Shown one piece after another: positions 60,566-64,000 of a stretch of 64,000 nucleotides of DNA. A model generated the notes under the pieces. It saw only the letters and a program-made list of their open reading frames with translations. It made no database searches and was not told where the DNA came from. Positions within the stretch are counted from its first letter, which is position 1, and each line of letters begins with the position of its first letter. The translations under genes and the position numbers were made by a program. Origin of the DNA: Bacteroidia bacterium (GTDB taxonomy: Bacteria > Bacteroidota > Bacteroidia > UBA8524); NCBI GenBank assembly GCA_035906255.1, contig JAMIFM010000022.1, positions 6,856-70,855 of the forward strand, given 5' to 3'.

Positions 60566-61396
60566 TCAGTCCAAAATCCCTTCCGTTTGTAGTATCGCTA
60601 TGCTGATTTCAATTCTTGAAGCGACAAGACTATCCTTATCAAAGGCAATGTTATTAGCAAAAAAGTAAGGTTTTCCAGCCTTTTCAACCCAGCCTACATA
60701 CCATCCGGTGCTTTTGTTTACCCGTATTCCCCAACCGGTTTTTGCCCGCATTACATAAGGCACGTCTTGCACCAGCATTACTTCTTTAACGGTATTCATT
60801 GTTTTGGCGCTAAAAGGCAAGGCGTTGTTGTATAGTCGTTCTAAAAAAGTAATTTGCTCGTACGGACTTATTTCTAACCCCTCTTCTAACCAAAAATCAT
60901 CAATATGCGGAGTGGTTACTTTGTTGCCGTAACTTACTGTATCCAACCAATGTTGCATACGGGTCTTCCCTGCTCTTCTTGCCAGTTCTTGATAACAAGG
61001 CACACATGAAACCCTAAAGGCTTCTTTTAAATTCATGTCCTTGTTCCAGTTTTCGTTTCTTTGCTTCTCCCCGTCCCATTTAATCATCTCATTTTCATTT
61101 CTTAACACTCCAGTTTCAAGTGCTACTAATGAGTTAAATATTTTAAAAGTAGATGCGGGAGTGAACCGTGTAACAGCCCTTTGCGGGTTAAAAACCCTAA
61201 CTACACTATCGGTTGGGCTGTACAAAACAAAGCACCCCGTTATCCCAACGCTGTCGTAAAACTTTTTCCAATCGGCAACTTCTATTGTATCAATATTCTT
61301 GGATTTAGTTGATGCTGTGACATTAGAAGGTGTTTCAGGCCGACAAGAAACAATGCTCAGTATTAATAGGAAATAAAATGCTACAGAGTGTTTCAT
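60566..61396 (-). CDS. class D (OXA-type) beta-lactamase lipoprotein
   Basis: Class D motifs are present: PASTFK, SCV (the SxV element), YGN, KTG and GWYVGWVE. The lipobox LSIVSC follows the internal Met. The ORF-track start at 61456 adds 20 aa. Confidence 0.75.
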   Translation of the reverse strand: MKHSVAFYFLLILSIVSCRPETPSNVTASTKSKNIDTIEVADWKKFYDSVGITGCFVLYSPTDSVVRVFNPQRAVTRFTPASTFKIFNSLVALETGVLRNENEMIKWDGEKQRNENWNKDMNLKEAFRVSCVPCYQELARRAGKTRMQHWLDTVSYGNKVTTPHIDDFWLEEGLEISPYEQITFLERLYNNALPFSAKTMNTVKEVMLVQDVPYVMRAKTGWGIRVNKSTGWYVGWVEKAGKPYFFANNIAFDKDSLVASRIEISIAILQTEGILD

Positions 61397-61489
61397 GGTT
61401 TGGGTATTTAGCGGTATTTCAAATCTATTTAAAAAATGGCTACCTTGTTTGTTCAATTTGGTGCGATTTATGTTGCATAAAGACGACCT

Positions 61490-64000
61490 ATGAAAAAAAT
61501 TATTTCTGCATTTATTTTACTCTTTTCTACTGCGGTACTTACCGCGCAACCTTCGCCGCCAACATTAATAGCTCCGTCTAATAATGCTACAAAACAAAAA
61601 GCCAACGCACGGCTATTGTGGACTACCCCTGTTGGGGCTGTTCGTTTCCACTATCAGGTAGATACGGTAAATACGTTTAACAGTGCTGCGCTGCTTGAAG
61701 ACACCATTACTGCGTCACAAATGTATATGAACGACCAACTTTTCGGCAAAAAGTATTTTTGGCGGGTAAGGGCGGGCAATGCCACTGTATTTGGTAATTG
61801 GAGCAGTACATACAGCTATACGGTGTATGAAAAACCGGAGGTATATTCAACAGGAAGTAACTTACTTACATCAAGCATCCGTGTGCACCAAATTATCGGA
61901 GCATTTGTAGAATATCAGATGGATACGGTAAATACGTTTAACAGCGGGGCTTTCCGTTCGTTTTCTTCGCTGTATAAAGACAGTGCGTCTGCACGTTATC
62001 AAAACCTGCACTACAATACCAAGTATTATATAAGGGCAAGAGCATACCACGCAAAAGACACCTCTCCTTATACTGCTACAACCAGTCACACCACATTTGG
62101 GCCTTTAACCGTTAAGCCCTCAATTGGTTCAACGGTAAATAATTTCAATTTCGATTTTCAATTCGGCAGGACTACCGCTACTAAAGATACCGTTGAGCGG
62201 GTTGAATTTGAATTAGACAGCAGCAGTAACTTTAACAGCCCCTTGTTGTTTACTACTGTTATAGATACAACTGATATTTTAAAAAGCCCTGCGTCTTTTC
62301 CGTTTTTATACGGCAAAACCTACCATTGGAGGGTACGTTGCCTTCACGCAGAAGACACCAGTAAATGGGTGCAATCAAGGTTTACTATGTTTTCATTCCC
62401 TATGTATAACCTTTCGCAAGTAATCGGCGGACGCTTAAATCCTTCGCGACCCACTATAACAGTAACTTCGGGCAATGGTGCCGATTATTTTATTGTAATG
62501 GTTGATACAGTAAACACATTTGCTAACCCTATATATACCGATACGTTTAGCGGCGTACTAAATCCGGCTAAACAATTACCCTATTTGCGATACAACCGCA
62601 CGCATTTTTTCAGGGTTCATGCGGTAAGAGGTACCGACACTTCGGCTTCAATAATTCAACAGTCAACTACAATACAGTCAAACGCACTTGTTACCCCCTA
62701 TAACTGGTCGGTATTATCAGGTGTGAACGAAACATTTTGGTGGCAAGAGATAGCAGGCAATAATTATGAAGTAGAGTTTGATACCACTCTTGCGTTTAAC
62801 AGTTGGCGAAAAATAACCCGAAGCGGTTTAACAACGGACTCTACGTTTATTGAAGGCTTGGCTTACGGCCAAAAGTTTTATTGGAGGGTGAGAATGACCA
62901 ACCCTGTGGATGTTAGTCTTTGGTCAGCAGTACGTGAGTTTACAACCAAATCATATCCAGCTCAATTGTGGCCAAGTGATAACCAAAAGGATTTTATTGT
63001 AAAAGAATCGCTTTCGTGTGAGGTTATTGATGGTACAAGGTTGTATGAGTTTTATTTTTCAGAAGATTCGTTGTTTAACATTTATGCGGTTGATACATCT
63101 ACAAAGGTGGATATGTTTGGTGATATTGAATTGCCAATGGGTCGCAACAATTTAAAGTACGAAACCAAGTATTTCTGGAAAGTTCGCGCCATACACAGCA
63201 ACGATACCTCAAAATGGTCGCCTGTATGGCGTTTCACCACCCGCAAATATTTACCTCCACCTGTAAAACCTGTGTTAACCAGTCCTGCAAATAATGTTAC
63301 CGGAGTTCCGCACACGCCTTATATTGTTAAACTGATTTGGCAATTGCAGGCTGATGTTGAGTTTGAAATACATGTAGCTAAAAACACCAATTTTAACAAT
63401 CTGGTACTGCACGGTTTCACTGTGGGCAACACTAACAATGAAATGGAAATTGATAGCTTGGAACCCCGCACAACCTATTACTGGCGTGTAAGAGCAACTA
63501 ACGGCGATGATACCAGTGCGTGGTCGGATGTGTGGAAATTTACCACACTGCCCGCTATCCGTTTTCCGCAATTGCTATCACCCGATGGTGTTACCAACGT
63601 AAGCACAAATGTTACCCTTGATTGGGAAGATATTGACGGTGCAAAAGGCTATCGCTACCGTTTATCCACTACCCCATCGTTTATTGGTATTCCTGAGGTT
63701 TCGGTTACCCAATCCGAAGCGCAGGTTAATCTGTTGCCAAATACCAATTACTATTGGATTGTACTTACCTATAACGACTACTTCTTTACCAATTACGGAT
63801 TTACAGCGGCATTCAGAACAGGAAATTCAACCGGAATTGAAGGCACATCAGAGGTTACTACTTATAGTTATCCTAACCCCTTTTCTACAGAGGTTGTAAT
63901 AAGTAGCCCCGATAATACAGTGCAATCGATTGAGTTTTACAATCTGCAAGGGCAACTTTGTTATAGCTACACTCCTGCAAACCCTGCTTTGCAAAACCAC
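61490..64000 (+). CDS. large T9SS-sorted surface protein made of tandem ~95-aa repeats (5' partial; runs off the window)
   Basis: It is not in the ORF track because it runs to the window end without a stop. I translated it by hand. The signal peptide is MKKIISAFILLFSTAVLTAQ. There are eight or more repeats, each carrying Y-x-W-R-V-R-A...(D)TS-x-WS. The final residues (YPNPFSTEVVISS...) look like the start of a T9SS CTD. Confidence 0.65.
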   Translation, partial: MKKIISAFILLFSTAVLTAQPSPPTLIAPSNNATKQKANARLLWTTPVGAVRFHYQVDTVNTFNSAALLEDTITASQMYMNDQLFGKKYFWRVRAGNATVFGNWSSTYSYTVYEKPEVYSTGSNLLTSSIRVHQIIGAFVEYQMDTVNTFNSGAFRSFSSLYKDSASARYQNLHYNTKYYIRARAYHAKDTSPYTATTSHTTFGPLTVKPSIGSTVNNFNFDFQFGRTTATKDTVERVEFELDSSSNFNSPLLFTTVIDTTDILKSPASFPFLYGKTYHWRVRCLHAEDTSKWVQSRFTMFSFPMYNLSQVIGGRLNPSRPTITVTSGNGADYFIVMVDTVNTFANPIYTDTFSGVLNPAKQLPYLRYNRTHFFRVHAVRGTDTSASIIQQSTTIQSNALVTPYNWSVLSGVNETFWWQEIAGNNYEVEFDTTLAFNSWRKITRSGLTTDSTFIEGLAYGQKFYWRVRMTNPVDVSLWSAVREFTTKSYPAQLWPSDNQKDFIVKESLSCEVIDGTRLYEFYFSEDSLFNIYAVDTSTKVDMFGDIELPMGRNNLKYETKYFWKVRAIHSNDTSKWSPVWRFTTRKYLPPPVKPVLTSPANNVTGVPHTPYIVKLIWQLQADVEFEIHVAKNTNFNNLVLHGFTVGNTNNEMEIDSLEPRTTYYWRVRATNGDDTSAWSDVWKFTTLPAIRFPQLLSPDGVTNVSTNVTLDWEDIDGAKGYRYRLSTTPSFIGIPEVSVTQSEAQVNLLPNTNYYWIVLTYNDYFFTNYGFTAAFRTGNSTGIEGTSEVTTYSYPNPFSTEVVISSPDNTVQSIEFYNLQGQLCYSYTPANPALQNH

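Overview
This 64-kb window reads as a Bacteroidetes chromosomal segment. Three points support that: several proteins end in T9SS-type C-terminal sorting domains, no Shine-Dalgarno motifs are visible upstream of start codons, and a TAnnTTTG (-7) motif sits before the second tRNA. The density is about 1 gene/kb.

The conserved backbone includes fused isobutyryl-CoA mutase IcmF, class I ribonucleotide reductase nrdA/nrdB, topoisomerase IV parE/parC, gyrA, efp, mtaB, a membrane H+/Na+-pyrophosphatase and 3-hydroxyacyl-CoA dehydrogenase. There are two tRNAs (Pro-CGG, Thr-CGT). Small regulator/transporter modules are scattered through it: MarR, TetR, two tandem ArsR-SRPBCC pairs, LysE, DMT and MFS.

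Several patches are visibly AT-rich and look accessory:
1. An island between icmF and nrdA carries a hypothetical C-terminally anchored protein and an unusual two-domain protein. The latter is a GH18 chitinase-like domain, apparently without the catalytic Glu, fused to an OAA-family (Oscillatoria agglutinin-like) beta-barrel lectin.
2. Two paralogous low-GC membrane-anchored proteins resemble, from memory, a putative abortive-infection family.
3. A class D (OXA-like) beta-lactamase lipoprotein sits beside a ~770-bp AT-rich spacer.
4. A truncated giant T9SS surface protein is built of ~95-aa tandem repeats.

A mosaic GC-rich intergenic repeat family occurs at least five times, in both orientations. 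Other non-coding signals are palindromic operator candidates in front of an HTH regulator, the TetR gene and both ArsR genes, and a 15-nt motif shared immediately upstream of the lectin-fusion and lipase genes. The pyrophosphatase carries an unusual ~100-aa Cys/His-rich C-terminal tail. No CRISPR array, rRNA, integrase or transposase was recognised.

All functional calls are from reading the translated ORFs by eye. None is backed by a database search.
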